Part shown: positions 49,848 through 62,777 of the stretch, piece by piece | Layout: the number at the start of each line of letters is the position of its first letter | Numbering within the stretch: the stretch's first letter is position 1 | NCBI RefSeq assembly: GCF_006345805.1 | Contig: NC_043020.1 | Coordinates: 23,064,001 to 23,128,000 of the forward strand | Direction: 5' to 3' | DNA length: 64,000 nt | Source of the DNA: Octopus sinensis | Lineage: Eukaryota | The notes under the pieces: model-generated | What the model saw: only the letters and a program-made list of their open reading frames with translations | What the model was told of the DNA's origin: nothing | The model's database searches: none | Program-made: the position numbers and the translations under genes

Positions 49848-51139
49848 CATATTCATATATTAAATGAAATAGAGAAATACAATTGACAAACTAACAATTT
49901 ATTTACATTATAATATAATATGAAAAATAAAAATTCCCTTTGAAGGAAATTTTTCCTTCGTTTGTTTTATGATAATATATGTATACATACATACATACAC
50001 TCACACACACACACACATATATATATATATACAGATAAATGAAATATAGAGATATTCTATTGACATTCAATTATTTATTTATATTACAATATTACTTTAA
50101 ATACTATGAATATAATATATAAAATAAAACATAACATAATACTATATAAATAATTATTTATATATTATATTCCTAATATTTAATGTGATATTGTAATATA
50201 AATAAATTACTGAATCTCAATAGAAAATCTATATATTTAATTTATCTTTATTATTGAATTATACCAATATTTATATGGTATCCAACCGAAGTACCAATGA
50301 ATGGATGTTTAACACACCCCTTTGAAGGGTATCTTCTCCTCAGTTTGTTACTTTATGTATATATATATATAATATATATATTATATATATATATATATAT
50401 ATGCATATATATATATATATATATATATAATTATATATATATGCGCACTCTATACGATCTCTTTACTCTTTCTTTTTTCTCTCTTTTATTCTTTCACCTC
50501 ATCTTCTCTCACTATTCTATCCTATTATTCCGTCACTCTCTCCCTCACTCCTCCTGTATTGCTCACGTGGCTCCCATGTGACCATCGGCCATCTTTCTTT
50601 CTTTCCGTTGTAGCTGGAACAAAGAAGACGTGTCCTTGTTTGTCTCCTGTCTTAGTTTGATTTACGCGTTCGCCATCACAACCTTGTTTAGGCTTAGCAG
50701 CCCTTCCTGTTTGTTTTCACTGTCCTGTTTGTGTTACCTATTTTGACCCTCTGCAAAATCCCAAATTTCATTTAATTTGCTTTGCGGGAGCAACTGTTTT
50801 ATCGAAAGCGTATCTTGTTGTTAAACGCTCGAAATACGAGACTAGAAAAACAGCCAACAACTGATGAAAGGTAGTTGTTTATGTATGTTTTGTTTTCCAT
50901 TTGTGTCTTTCGTACGTTTTTTGCTGTACACGTTTCATGACGTCCTGTGCCCATATATGCTTATATATATTTATATATATACGTATAGATGTAAGTATGT
51001 ACGTATACGTATGTATATATACATATATATATATTATTTATATTAAATATATATATGAATATATATGTTTTATAAGCATATATAACATACATATTCATAT
51101 ACATGAATAAAAATATATTTATGTATCTCTCTCCTTATC

Positions 51140-51216
<77 letters not shown>

Positions 51217-53178
51217 GTGTGTGTGTGTCTGAGCGTGTGGACTGATTTTCTACCGAATTTAGAACAAGCTCTGGAAGTTACGACATTTCGTAGTTTACAT
51301 AGCGGTATTCGTACATTACAAGTGCAATCTGTGAGGGGAACAGTAAAAATATGCAAGACTTTTCTCAAGTTCCAAATGTGAACTTGTGTGTGTGTTAACT
51401 ACACCACAAAGATGGAATGGAGTCTTGTATCTTTGTTGGAAACCGGCTCCCTCCTCAGTGGAAGATTTATAAAAATTAAGAAATAGAAGTGATATACAAA
51501 TACACCCCACTTATGTGTATATATGTATGTGTGTGTTTGTGTGTCTGTGTGTGTTTGTGTGTCTGTGTGTCTATGCATTAGAGGCAAACTAAACTGCATT
51601 TACTAAAACACGAGTGTGCACAATTATATTTAATATATTCATGCACATACAAACATGGAAAGACTTTCGTTGTAAAAATTGTCACGAGAGAGAAAGTAAA
51701 TGTTAGACACCGTATGTGAAAAACACATCACTGAATATGGCGTCATCTAATACGTGCTTCTGCATCCTTACGTTTTAACTGCTACGGAGACCGAATCCAA
51801 CGTTCATTACCTTCTAAGGATTGCAGTTCTTTTATTTAAACAGCTAATAATAAACTTACTAGCGGATTCAAAGGTTTGTCAAGCTGAAATTATTTAAATA
51901 GAGACACACTAAACAGCGTTGGTTAAAAAGGTTAAAATATACAATAATATTTAACTTGTTCACACATATATAGTCAGTACATTTTGTGTGTTTGAGCCCG
52001 TGTGATCCGTATATATTATTACCAAGAAATAAAATATATAATTTTGTTTTTGGATTTGGTTTGCACACACGGACAGGCAAGCACATAAATATGCAGGATA
52101 CGTACATACAGATGCACACACATACATACATACATACATATGCATACACGCACATATATACCTACATACACATGCAAACACACACACACACACATACATA
52201 CGTACGTGCATGCATGTATAGCTACACACACACACACACACACTGACCCACACACATGCGCGCAAACAAACAAAAAGGAACGCAGTGTAAATAACGGACA
52301 GAGTCAAGACTATTGAAAAGTTTGCAAGACGCAACGAAAATTTTAGGAAAATAAAAATAAGAAAAGAGTGGAAATTTTACCGGTGAGTGTGTTAAATAAT
52401 AAGGCACTAAAAGAAAATGACTCTCCCCAGACACAACAAAATATATAATGTTTGTATCTAAAAAACTGCGATACGATGGGAAAAAGTTAATTCTTAGATT
52501 TCGAAGCATAACTGCATCTCTGATGAAAGCAAAGCAACGCTATACGTTTCGTCTCCAGCAATTATGAACTACAGAGACAAGTAAAAAAACATTTCGTATT
52601 TTCTATTATAAAATAAAAACAGGTGTTTTTAAGTTCAATTCAATGTTACTATGTTGAGAGCTAGCTTTGAAAACGATGTTAAATATTTATAATATCATCC
52701 ATCATTAGTTTTACTTGCGAAAAGATACAGATTGCTACCGGGAGACTACTGCTAAGCAAAACTTCTTGAAACATTAAAAGAACCAAAAAAAAAAAAAAAT
52801 AATAAATAAAAAAATAAAACAAAGAACATGAAAATAAAATAAAAAATACTTTGCCATTTAGTTCCAAACTGTATATTCTCAATGAAGGCAAAAGTTTAAT
52901 TTGCGCTTTTTTTAGTTATTGAAATGCGTCCATGCTTTAATTGTTTGAAGTCTCGGACACCTTTTGTCAATTTGGTTGAGCTGCTGAGTTGTATGTTGTC
53001 AAGCGATGACGGAGACAAACATTAACATACTCATGTGTACCCAGGCGAGCACTCACATATATAGGCACGGACGTAGGTGTGGCTGAGTGGCAAGAAGCTT
53101 TTGACCGGCCCAAAGCCTTGTGAGTGAATTTGGTAAATAGAAATTGAAAGAAGCCCGTCGTATATATATGTATGTATA

Positions 53179-53237
<59 letters not shown>

Positions 53238-53605
53238 AACGGCAGTTTGTCTGTGCGTTTTCTGTGTGTCTGTTTTCTCGTACCCTCACTCTGACCACGG
53301 CTTTCAACCGATTCTGATGAAACTTGACACACACATAGCCCAATGTCATAATTCAAAACTAACGCAGCGAAAATTTTGAAAAGTTCCCCCAGTTCTGAAA
53401 AAAATCGATAAATTCGACATGGGGTCGAGAATCAGAAACCCAAACCACAGACCGTCTAGGGGACGCAACTCCACCTTTTTTAACTCAAAAAAATTTACCA
53501 TAATTTTTTTTCCATTTTTTTTGCTATTTTTTGGCTATAACTCTCTAAAAATGCTTTATAGTTATTTCCCTTACAAACCTGAGCAACGCCGGGCGATACT
53601 GCTAG
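53179..53605 (+). mobile_element. Non-autonomous Helitron inserted in the microsatellite of a deleted SINE-B (53063..53162)
   Basis: A|TC...TATATAAACGGCAG 5' end; subterminal hairpin CCTGAGCAACGCCGGG; 3' end CTAG|T. Confidence 0.8.
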
Positions 53606-53690
53606 TATATATATAAATATATATATTATTTTCGATTTGTTTTGCTGCGCCTCTGTTCTGTTTTTGTTCTGCCAACGGAATTCCTATTTC

Positions 53691-53770
53691 TTCCTGAAGA
53701 GAAAGACACAATATGGTCTCCTTATTCAATCGGAATTTGGTAAATTGTGGCTTTCGAAACACGTGTAGAA
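53691..53770 (+). ncRNA. Minimal hammerhead ribozyme motif, canonical core, in a probable PLE terminal repeat
   Basis: TTC-CTGAAGA-GAAAG-ACACAAT...ATTGTGG-CTTTC-GAAAC-ACGT-GTA-GAA; palindromic stem III ACACGTGT; followed by AATAAA. Confidence 0.68.
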
Positions 53771-53989
53771 TGCAATAAAAGGATTTCTGTTCAATCTTCG
53801 TTCAACTCCATTTCTTCAATTCACTAATAATATTAAAATTCAATTATCCGCACCAACGCACGGTTGCAACACCATATGGTTGTACCTCCAACCGTGCTTC
53901 TTCTGCTGTGATTTTTGCTACAAGGTATCGGTTAAACTTTTGATTAATCTGCAACAAGATTATTCATCTTTCTATTTCACCAAATATAA

Positions 53990-54055
<66 letters not shown>

Positions 54056-54442
54056 TCTTTACTCTCTTTTATTTGTTTCAGTCATTTGACTGCGGCCATG
54101 CTGAAGCACCGACTTTAATCGAGCAACTCGACCCTGGCACTTATTCTTTGTAAGCCAGTACTTATTCTATCGGTCTGTTTTGCCGAAGCAAAACACACCA
54201 GCATCGGTTGTCAAGCAATGCTAGGGGGACAAACACAGACACACAAACACACACACGCATATATACACATATATACGACGGGCTTCTTTCAGTTTTCGTC
54301 TATCAAATCCACACACAAGGCTCTGGTCGGCCCGAGGCTATAGTAGAAGACACTTGCCCAAGGTGCCACGTAGTGGGACTGAACCCGGAACCATCTGGTT
54401 GGTACGCAAGCTACTTTACCACACAGCCACTCCTGCGCCTAT
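54056..54442 (-). mobile_element. SINE-B, near full length
   Basis: Tail ACTCTTTACTC, 3' block, CA tract, CORE-like block and head. Confidence 0.88.
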
Positions 54443-54466
54443 GTATAATATATATATATATATGTA

Positions 54467-54497
<31 letters not shown>

Positions 54498-54512
54498 GTT
54501 TATATATATATA

Positions 54513-54596
<84 letters not shown>

Positions 54597-55161
54597 ATGT
54601 ATGTATGTATATGAATATATATATATATATACATATACACAGCATCCAGTTACCAGATGAATATATATAGATATACACACCCTCACACACACTCATAATT
54701 ATATATGTGTGCCGGACGATGTAGCTTTGAGGATGTGACCAGGTATAAAGTACGAAACACCTGTGAACAAATGAGGTCAATATCGAGTCTTTCCCTCTTA
54801 TATATACTCTTTATATATACTCTTCACCTTTATGATTATGGGGCGGTGTGTGGGGGGGGGGACGAATGGTGTCTATACTGTACAAGTGTTTGCTTCTCGA
54901 ACGTTGGTGTGGAAATGAACATTACACATTCTACGAAAATGGCTTAAATTTGCGATTGCGTTCCATCAATATTTCAGAGAAAAAAAATGAACTAAACGAA
55001 AGCTGAAGAACTGACGCCAATATGGAATAAAGGCAAATAAGATTTTCTTCTATACGATATTGGTGAGTTTATTGTCAACGAGACGACACAAAATTTATGA
55101 CTGACGCCTAAGGCAGAAAGTGTGACTTATATTTTCTTAATATCAACTTTTCCTGTCTAAT

Positions 55162-55605
55162 GAAGGTGGCAAGCTGGCAGAAACGTTAAAACGCCGGGCG
55201 AAATTCCTAGCGGTATTTCGTCTGCCGCTACGTTCTGAGTTCAAATTCCGCCGAGGTCGACTTGGCCTTTCATCCTTTCGGGGTTGATTAAATAAGTACC
55301 AGTTACGCACTGGGTTCCATGTAATCGACTTAATCCGTCTGTCTATCCTTGTTTGTCCCCTCTATGTTTAGCCCCTTGTGGGCAATAAAGAAATGTTAGT
55401 ATGTCGGGCGAAATGCTTAGCGGTGTTTCGTCTGCCGCTACGTTCTGAGGTCAAATTCCGCCGAGGTCGACATTGCCTTTCATCCATTCGGGGTCGATAA
55501 ATTAAGTACCAGTTAAGCACTGGGGTCGATGTAATCAACTTAATCCGTTTGTCTGTCTTTGTTTGTCCCCTCTGTGTTTAGCCCCGTGTGGGTAGTAAAA
55601 AAATA
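55162..55605 (+). mobile_element. SINE-A dimer with atypical junction
   Basis: AAAGAAAT joined to GTTAGTATGTCGGGCGAAATG (about 30 nt upstream of the usual site). Confidence 0.88.
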
Positions 55606-55756
55606 TATAGGACAAAGAAGTCAGCACTTAACAATATTTCTCCAAAAATTTCCTAAGAAAGGGGTCTAAGATCAAAGTATTGAAATATCAGGAAGAACTG
55701 CTAACCTGTATTTTTAAAACATGCATCATTTTGAGTTTGAAAAATTATAAAACACA

Positions 55757-55810
<54 letters not shown>

Positions 55811-56361
55811 GCACACACATATTATTTTATGCGTAAATACGAAGAAAACATATTTACATTTTTCCAAGACGAGAGAAAGAATCTTCTTTTTATCAAGATC
55901 AGACATTAGCAATATACAAATACAAATAAAACAGATGGATTCTGTAAGAAACACGTCTTAATAAATCTTAAGACACTTGGGGGTGGGGTGGGGTCAATAT
56001 AACTCGAAGTAATATAATTGAAAATTCGAAGAGATTTACATTCATATCAAAACCTAAGAAAGCAAATATAATTACTGAATCAGAAAAATTATAACAATGC
56101 GACGAACATGAAACGAGCGTTGCACGGTTTCTTCTCGCTGGAAATCAAAGACACTACAATAATTTTTTCCATTGTTTTTGCTTATGAATTCAATGAAGTG
56201 GTCTCGTATGTTAATACGAAGTAGACAATGGAATAATAAGTATGTATGCATATATATATAACAGATATATATATAACAGATGCAGCACTAAGTTTTGTCA
56301 ATGAACAGGTCGCGGTCTCAAAGCGATGAAAATATTTTGACAAATTAAATTTAAATGTATT

Positions 56362-56590
56362 TCTTTACTGCCCACAAGGGGCTAAACACAGAGAGGACAA
56401 ACAAGGACAGACAAAGGGATTAAGTCGATTACATCGACCCAGTGGGAAACTGTTACTTTATTTATCGACCCCGAAAGGATGAAAGGCAAAGTCGACCTCG
56501 GCGGAATTTGAACTCAGAACGTAACGACAGACGAAATACGGGTACGCATTTCGCCCGTCGTGCTATCATTTCTGCCAGCTCGCCGCCTTG
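56362..56590 (-). mobile_element. SINE-A monomer with Tx1-like tail
   Basis: Complete head to GTGGGCAGTAAAGAAATAC, flanked by unrelated AT-rich DNA. Confidence 0.9.
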
Positions 56591-56705
56591 AAGTGAATCT
56601 AACGGTTTTTGTGTGTTTCTTATAAACACCCTCCTCGCTGCAATTGTTTCCGTTCCAGCACACGATCTCAGATCAGGTCACTTGCTATGCAAGTACATCT
56701 CCGTA

Positions 56706-56793
<88 letters not shown>

Positions 56794-56795
<2 letters not shown>

Positions 56796-57025
56796 TCGAG
56801 GTGCAATGGCCCAGTGGTTAGGGCAGTGGACTCGCGGTCGGAAGATCGCGGTTTCGATTCCCAGACCGAGCGTTGTGTGTGTTTATTGAGTTAAAACACC
56901 TAAAAAAAGCTCCACGAGGCCCTGGCAGGGGGTGGTGGCGACGCCTGTTGTACTCTTTCGCCACAACTTTCTCTCACTCTCTCTTCCTGTTTCTTCAGTA
57001 ACGCTGCGATGGACCGGCGTCCATG
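56794..57025 (+). mobile_element. SINE-C, internally deleted/3'-variant
   Basis: GGTGCAATGGCCCAGTGGTTAGGGCAGTGGACTCGCGGTCGGAAGATCGCGGTTTCGATTCCC tRNA-like head. Confidence 0.85.
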
Positions 57026-57073
57026 CTTTCTTTGTATCGTCTATCTGGATGTTTTGTGTTCTGTCCCACTTTG

Positions 57074-57111
<38 letters not shown>

Positions 57112-57116
<5 letters not shown>

Positions 57117-57390
57117 TAAAAACGGTAAAATAACAAAAGAAAGAAAGAGACCTCAATATTATGTAAATAGAGGAAATTTATCTGTAAAATAATATGTGAC
57201 AATTATTCAATAGCCAAGATAAAACTCTGAGTTTCGGATGCCGAAGTGGAAATCCACAACACCATCTCTTCGGTTATCTGGCCATCTGAAAAACGCTATG
57301 AAAAGATACCGTTATATAAAGGGAAATTACTCAGAGTTTTATCTTGGCTATTGAATAATTGTAACATATTAATTTACAGATATATATATA
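57112..57390 (-). mobile_element. PLE terminal repeat with inverted partial copy; hammerhead-like motif 57213..57283 (-)
   Basis: Same family as 10570..10838; GCC-AGATAA-CCGAAGA-GATG..CATC-C-GAAAC-TCAGA-GTT-TTATCTTGGC; inverted arm about 57336..57390; in (TA)n. Confidence 0.7.
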
Positions 57391-57411
57391 TATATATATA
57401 CATAGAGCCTT

Positions 57412-58088
57412 CTTTCACTTCCCATTGGCTCTGGTCGACTCGAGTCTATAGTAGAAGACACGTAACCAAGGTGCCACGTAGTGGGATGAACCCAGAACCA
57501 TGTGATTGGGAAGCAAGCTTCTTACCACAGAGCCACGCCTGCGCCTATAACCATTTGCCTCCAGTATCTTTCTATCTGATTTAGTTTTGTGGCATGTGAT
57601 ATAATGCTGTGCAATAGCTCCATGTTGTAAATGCATAATAGGCCTACTTGAGAGTGTTGTAGTAGTCTGTCCAACGGAACAACTGAACCGCTAGATTACG
57701 GGAACGGAAACGCACCGATATCGGTTGTCAAGCGATGGTGGGGGTCCAAACACAGACACTCACACACACATACATACATAACACATACAACATACATACA
57801 TACATACATACATACATACATACATACATACATGATGGCTGCCCCCTGGTTATCGAGTATGGCCATTGCACGAATCTTAACTGTTATTGGTGCTGTGATC
57901 GAATGTGACTTTTTAGCCCAGCTAAAGATCTACAATATTTTGTACAGAATTGGCAACTAAAACCTTTACCGGTAATAGCCGGCTGTAGTTGTAACTGGGC
58001 TTCATGTACCTTTGCATGTCGTTTAAGTCATCCTGCCGAATTACACTCTCTTCCACATGCCTGACATACATACACATACATACATACA

Positions 58089-58120
<32 letters not shown>

Positions 58121-58300
58121 CATATGTACGACTGGCTTCTTTCAGTTTCCGTCTACCAAATCTACTCAGAAGGCTTCGGTCGGCTTTAGTCGAACCGAGG
58201 CTATAGTAGAAGACATCTACCCAAGGTGCCACGTGGTGGCACTGAAACGGGAACGATGTGGTTTGTAAGCAAGCTTCTTACCACATAGCTACTCCTGCGC
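57412..58300 (-). mobile_element. SINE-B pieces: 5' half at 57412..57550 and a copy at 57715..58300 split by an RTE fragment
   Basis: Standard SINE-B blocks around an (ATAC)n tract. Confidence 0.78.
57831..58066 (-). mobile_element. 3' end of an RTE-type LINE encoding two C2H2 zinc fingers, in (ATAC)n
   Basis: 58066..57884 translates CQACGRECNSAG*LKRHAKVH...FSCQFCTKYCRSLAGLKSHIRSQHQ*; short 3' UTR follows. Confidence 0.75.
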
Positions 58301-58381
58301 ATATATAAATAAATATACATGCGGATATTTTTATTGGTATACATACATAATAGATACATACATACATGCATTAATACATAC

Positions 58382-58432
<51 letters not shown>

Positions 58433-58554
58433 TATATATATAGAAATTCGGGGTGAGTACTTGATAATTATAAGCACCTGTGTATACCGTTTGGTGGTGT
58501 AGGTGGTGGAGTAAATTGATCAAAATAAAATAAAAACATGATGCGAAGGATTCA

Positions 58555-58632
58555 GCGGTACATATGTTTCGGGCCTTTATTAGACAGATTTATAACAATG
58601 CATAATGTATGTCTGTGGCCTTCTTCAGCCGC
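58555..58632 (-). ncRNA. Minimal hammerhead ribozyme motif, canonical core (left arm)
   Basis: GCGG-CTGAAGA-A-GGCC-ACAGA...TCTGT..GGCC-C-GAAAC-ATAT-GTA-CCGC. Confidence 0.75.
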
Positions 58633-60490
58633 GCACAACAGCTTCCACAAGGACATGTGTGTACATCAAAAATTCTTGGTTGGGGATGCAAATCCTCTCA
58701 TTCACGTACGACATAATGCGGCAGCAGCATAGAGTTGAAGCGTCCATCTCTTTCTTCTCTCAATGTAGAATGAGGAAAATTGGATGTTGAGGTAATGTAA
58801 ATAAATAAATACATATATAGAGGTGAAGATGGAGGGGCGAGAGTTCGGGACGAGGGATAAAAAATGTATAAAAAGTGTAAGTATAGAATAATATAAAAAT
58901 GTAGAGGATAAAGGGTTGTAAGTAGATGTAAAGGGGGTATAAAGAAATATAAAGTAAAAATAGAAATAGAAATAAAAGTAAAAAAACCTGATAAAAACAT
59001 GATAAAAGTGTAAAAGAATGTAAAGATAAGGGATGTATAGAGGTTATGGACCAAGCATGGTGGTCAGGAGATTGATAAAATTTAGATGTAGAATTGTCAG
59101 TACATCAACAGTTTCGTCTGGGGACTTAATGCGTTGTAAATCAGAGCTGATGAGCATTTAATCTGGTTCCTTGAATTAAATGGACTTCTAGTACATACAT
59201 ATCATCATGGATATATACACCCACATACACGCGTACATATACGCCTCCAAGCCTATAAGCATACACACGCACTCGCGTGTAAACACGTACATAAACACAC
59301 ACGCACCCACACGCACGCGCGTACACACACATACATACAACAGAATATCCGCATATATACACGGACATTACGCGCGTACACGCTCACATGTATATACGCG
59401 CGCCCATCACTACATACACACGTATATGCCCACGCCTCTAGGTCCAGGTATAAGATATTAAAGGATGTGTATAAGAACGTATGTAAAGAATCCCGTACTC
59501 ATGTCAATACGCGCACGCACACACGGCTGTGTGTCCGTATGTGCGTGCACATATACACTCATATACACACACAGAGACACACGCGCACATGGGTATAGCT
59601 ATAAGATATCGAAGTATGCATGTACATATATGCGCGTGCATATGTATGTATGCGTATACACACGTACGCGGACGCTCGTATATCAAAAGGTGGATCCATA
59701 GGTAAGTAAATATAAACATATATAGAGGTGTAAAGCGATAAGTTAGGGGTAAGAATGAGGGTAAGGGTAAAGATTAGAAATAAAAAATACAGTATAAAAT
59801 AAGAAATACAATGTTATAGTTAGAAATGAAGTATAAGAATTATAAAAATTATAAGAGTTAAGGTAAGGGATGAAAATGAAAATGAGAATAATGGAAGTAG
59901 AATAAAATAAAAAAAAAATAAAATAAAAATAATAAAAAAAATGGAAGTAGGATAAAAGTAAAAATAAAAGTAAAATAAAAATAAAATAAAAAAGATAAAA
60001 ATATAATTTTGTAAAGTTTAACATGAGATGAAGGTGGTTGAAAGTTAGAGGTGTGTGTTAAACGTAGGGGCGGGCGGGGGGAACTGAAAATTGGAAGGGT
60101 GGGAAGTGGAGTTTGGCGGTGTGCGTTCAACATCTGAGTTAGAAATGTGAAAGGGTATAGATATAGGGGATTAAAGAGACTACATAGGGAGGATATGGGT
60201 GTAGGAGAAGAAATATTTAGGGAAAAGAAGTCATATATGGGAGACAAAATTTGTATATATAGGGGGAAAATGCAGGGAACCCTATATGCACGTACACACC
60301 CACCACACACACACCACACACACGCACATGTACATATATATGTATATGTACACATACGTACACGTATGTGCAATACATACGCACACCACACACATACACA
60401 TATACACGCACATATAGGAAAGCGGGATGTGCTGGAGCCGACAGGTTGCACCGGGTGGGAGGAAATTGCATGGGGGAGTTGGTATAAGAC

Positions 60491-60709
60491 CTAAGCATTG
60501 TAGTATTTGAAAGTATTAATAAGTTTATGTATACAGGATGGTTTGAACTCTGACCTTTTGTTAATAAGATTGTGTTTGTCTTTGAATTTCAAGATGTTAA
60601 GGAGTTCTACACAGCATAGTTGGCATCCTGCTCTATTATTTAAATAAGGTGCAGCTGATCCGATGATGGACCATCTGAGTTTGAAGCCTATGCATTTGTC
60701 TTTTAATTC
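60491..60709 (-). pseudogene. C-terminus of a Neptune/Naiad-type PLE GIY-YIG endonuclease
   Basis: ELKDKCIGFKLRWSIIGSAAPYLNNRAGCQLCCVELLNILKFKDKHNLINKRSEFKPSCIHK matches LK...I...I.W.I...A.PY.....C.LC..E..I......L.NKRSE....C.H. Confidence 0.82.
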
Positions 60710-61106
60710 CCCCCTTATCTTTACATTCTTTTACACTTTTATCATGTTTTTATCAGGTTTTTTTACTTTTATTTCTATTTCTATTTTTACTTTATATTTC
60801 TTTATACCCCCTTTACATCTACTTACAACCCTTTATCCTCTACATTTTTATATATTCTATACTTACACTTTTTATATTTTTTATCCCTCGTCCCGAACTC
60901 TCGCCCCTCCATCTTCACCTCTATATATGTATTTATTTATTTACATTACCTCAACATCCAATTTTCCTCATTTACATTGAGAGAAGAAAGAGATGGACGC
61001 TTCAACTCTATGCTGCTGCCGCATTATGTCGTACGTGAATGAGAGGATTTGCATCCCCAACCAAGAATTTTTGATGTAACACATGTCCTTGTGGAAGCTG
61101 TTGTGC

Positions 61107-61184
61107 GCGGCTGAAGAAGGCCACAGACATACATTATGCATTGTTATAAATCTGTCTAATAAAGGCCCGAAACATATGTACCGC
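61107..61184 (+). ncRNA. Minimal hammerhead ribozyme motif, canonical core (right arm)
   Basis: Identical motif on the plus strand; stem I GCGG/CCGC, palindromic stem III ACATATGT. Confidence 0.75.
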
Positions 61185-61222
61185 TGAATCCTTCGCATCA
61201 TGTTTTTATTTTATTTTGATCA

Positions 61223-61270
<48 letters not shown>

Positions 61271-62112
61271 AAATATATAAATATTCATATACGTGTATAT
61301 GTATACGTATGTATGTATGTAGAGGGAGAGCGGTGAGAGAGAGAGCACTATCTTTCAATCGCTCTCTCTCTCTCTCTCTCTCTCTGTCTTTATCGCTCTC
61401 CCTCTTGAGTGAATGAGTAAATGCGAAATCAATTTTCATCAACTTGTGAAGCTAAAACATGATTTCAATAAACGAATAAGACAAACAGCAGAGTTTGAAA
61501 TCATATATCATTTGGATTTATCAAAAAGACAACTGAAATACAAACACATTTACTGTCGGTGGCGAACAGTATAGCCATCCCCGCCTCAACACACAAGTAC
61601 ACATACATATACAAACATCATACGTGCATATATATATATATATGTATACGTACAAACGCACGGAAAACGTTATGTAGTGTTCTGGTGTATATAATATTGC
61701 TAAATTTACATTATATCATATTTAATATCATTTCTTGCGCAGTATTTAATTTAATGCAGGTTTCCACAATAACAATAAGTAATAACAGATTTTTGATTTA
61801 ATAATAACTGAACAACGGCAACAAAATAGTTTAGCAAGCGAAAAAGCAGAAGTGAAACTTTATCCGTTTTCACGTCAATAGCTGATGGAGCGATCATAAT
61901 ACAGCGATGTTTGAATACAGTTGATGCGAATACGTCTTTGTGTGCTTCGGTTATCGTTTTAATCTTTTACTCTTTACTCTTTTACTTGTTTACGGCCATG
62001 CTGGGGCACCACATTGAGGAATTTTTACACGAACTATTCGATTCCAGTTTCGTATTTGTTTTAGGTTTTGAGATTGGTACTTATACTATCGGGAACTAAA
62101 AGAAAACCGTCG

Positions 62113-62148
<36 letters not shown>

Positions 62149-62210
62149 TGTATGTATGTATGTATGTATGTATGTATGTATGTATGTGTGTATGTATGTA
62201 TGTATGTATG

Positions 62211-62768
62211 TCAGGTCACTTTCGAGTGCTACTGGTAACATGTAACCCAGTACAACCTGTTGCATGGTCGGGTCGTCGGCGACTAAACCGGCAACCCCAC
62301 CAAGCTTGGCTTGGTGAGGAGGGTGTTTATTGGACACCCTGCGGGAGGAAAAACAAAACTCGTCAAAGGGCGGAGGAACTTTTGAGAGTCAACGGCCATC
62401 CAATAAATAAATGTCTTAAATGTATCATGCGGGGGGACATAGAAATAATCGGACTGAATACCCGATCGCGCGGTTAAACCATTGGGAGTGAAGGACTCTT
62501 AGCCTTTGTTAGGGCATCCTTCTAGGAGAAGGTAACTCGGGTAACTGGGATAACTCCGATATAAAACCTGCGACTCAGTGGTTACCGATGATGTGGACTT
62601 ATTCTTCTTTTCGGATTATGACTGCTGTTGCTTAGTGAGTGGGATTGACTCAGTGCACAGCCTTTCCTCACTTTAAAAAAAATCTTCTTGCACAGGCATT
62701 GCATGATAACAATATTGATTAAGCTTCGTGCAATGACCATACTCGATAACGAAGGGGCAGCCACCATG
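62211..62768 (+). mobile_element. Probable non-autonomous RTE derivative (5' UTR-like body + RTE 3' tail) in (TATG)n
   Basis: Last 50 nt are 45/50 identical to the tail of the RTE fragment at 57831..57880; TAGGAGAAGGTAACTC resembles RTE 5' UTR motifs; no ORF. Confidence 0.62.
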
Positions 62769-62777
62769 TATGTATTG

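Larger units (their letters stand above)
58443..61227 (-). mobile_element. 5'-truncated Penelope-like element with a 0.5-kb inverted terminal copy, in (TA)n
   Basis: Arms 58512..59032 and 60712..61227 are inverted copies; GIY-YIG C-terminus at 60491..60709; hammerhead in each arm. Confidence 0.85.

Noticed and set aside
50825-50880. CGAAA...CTGATGA motif pair; also CTGATGA at 52519 and 53313
   Set aside because: Order or pairing is incompatible with a hammerhead fold.
56794-56870. Functional tRNA gene
   Set aside because: Acceptor and anticodon stems pair poorly and the sequence continues into a SINE body present in several copies; same for SINE-A, B and D heads.
59144-59190. Hammerhead at CTGATGA-G-CATTTAAT...ATTAAATG
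   Set aside because: Good stem II but no GAAA or stem III follows; at best a dead remnant.
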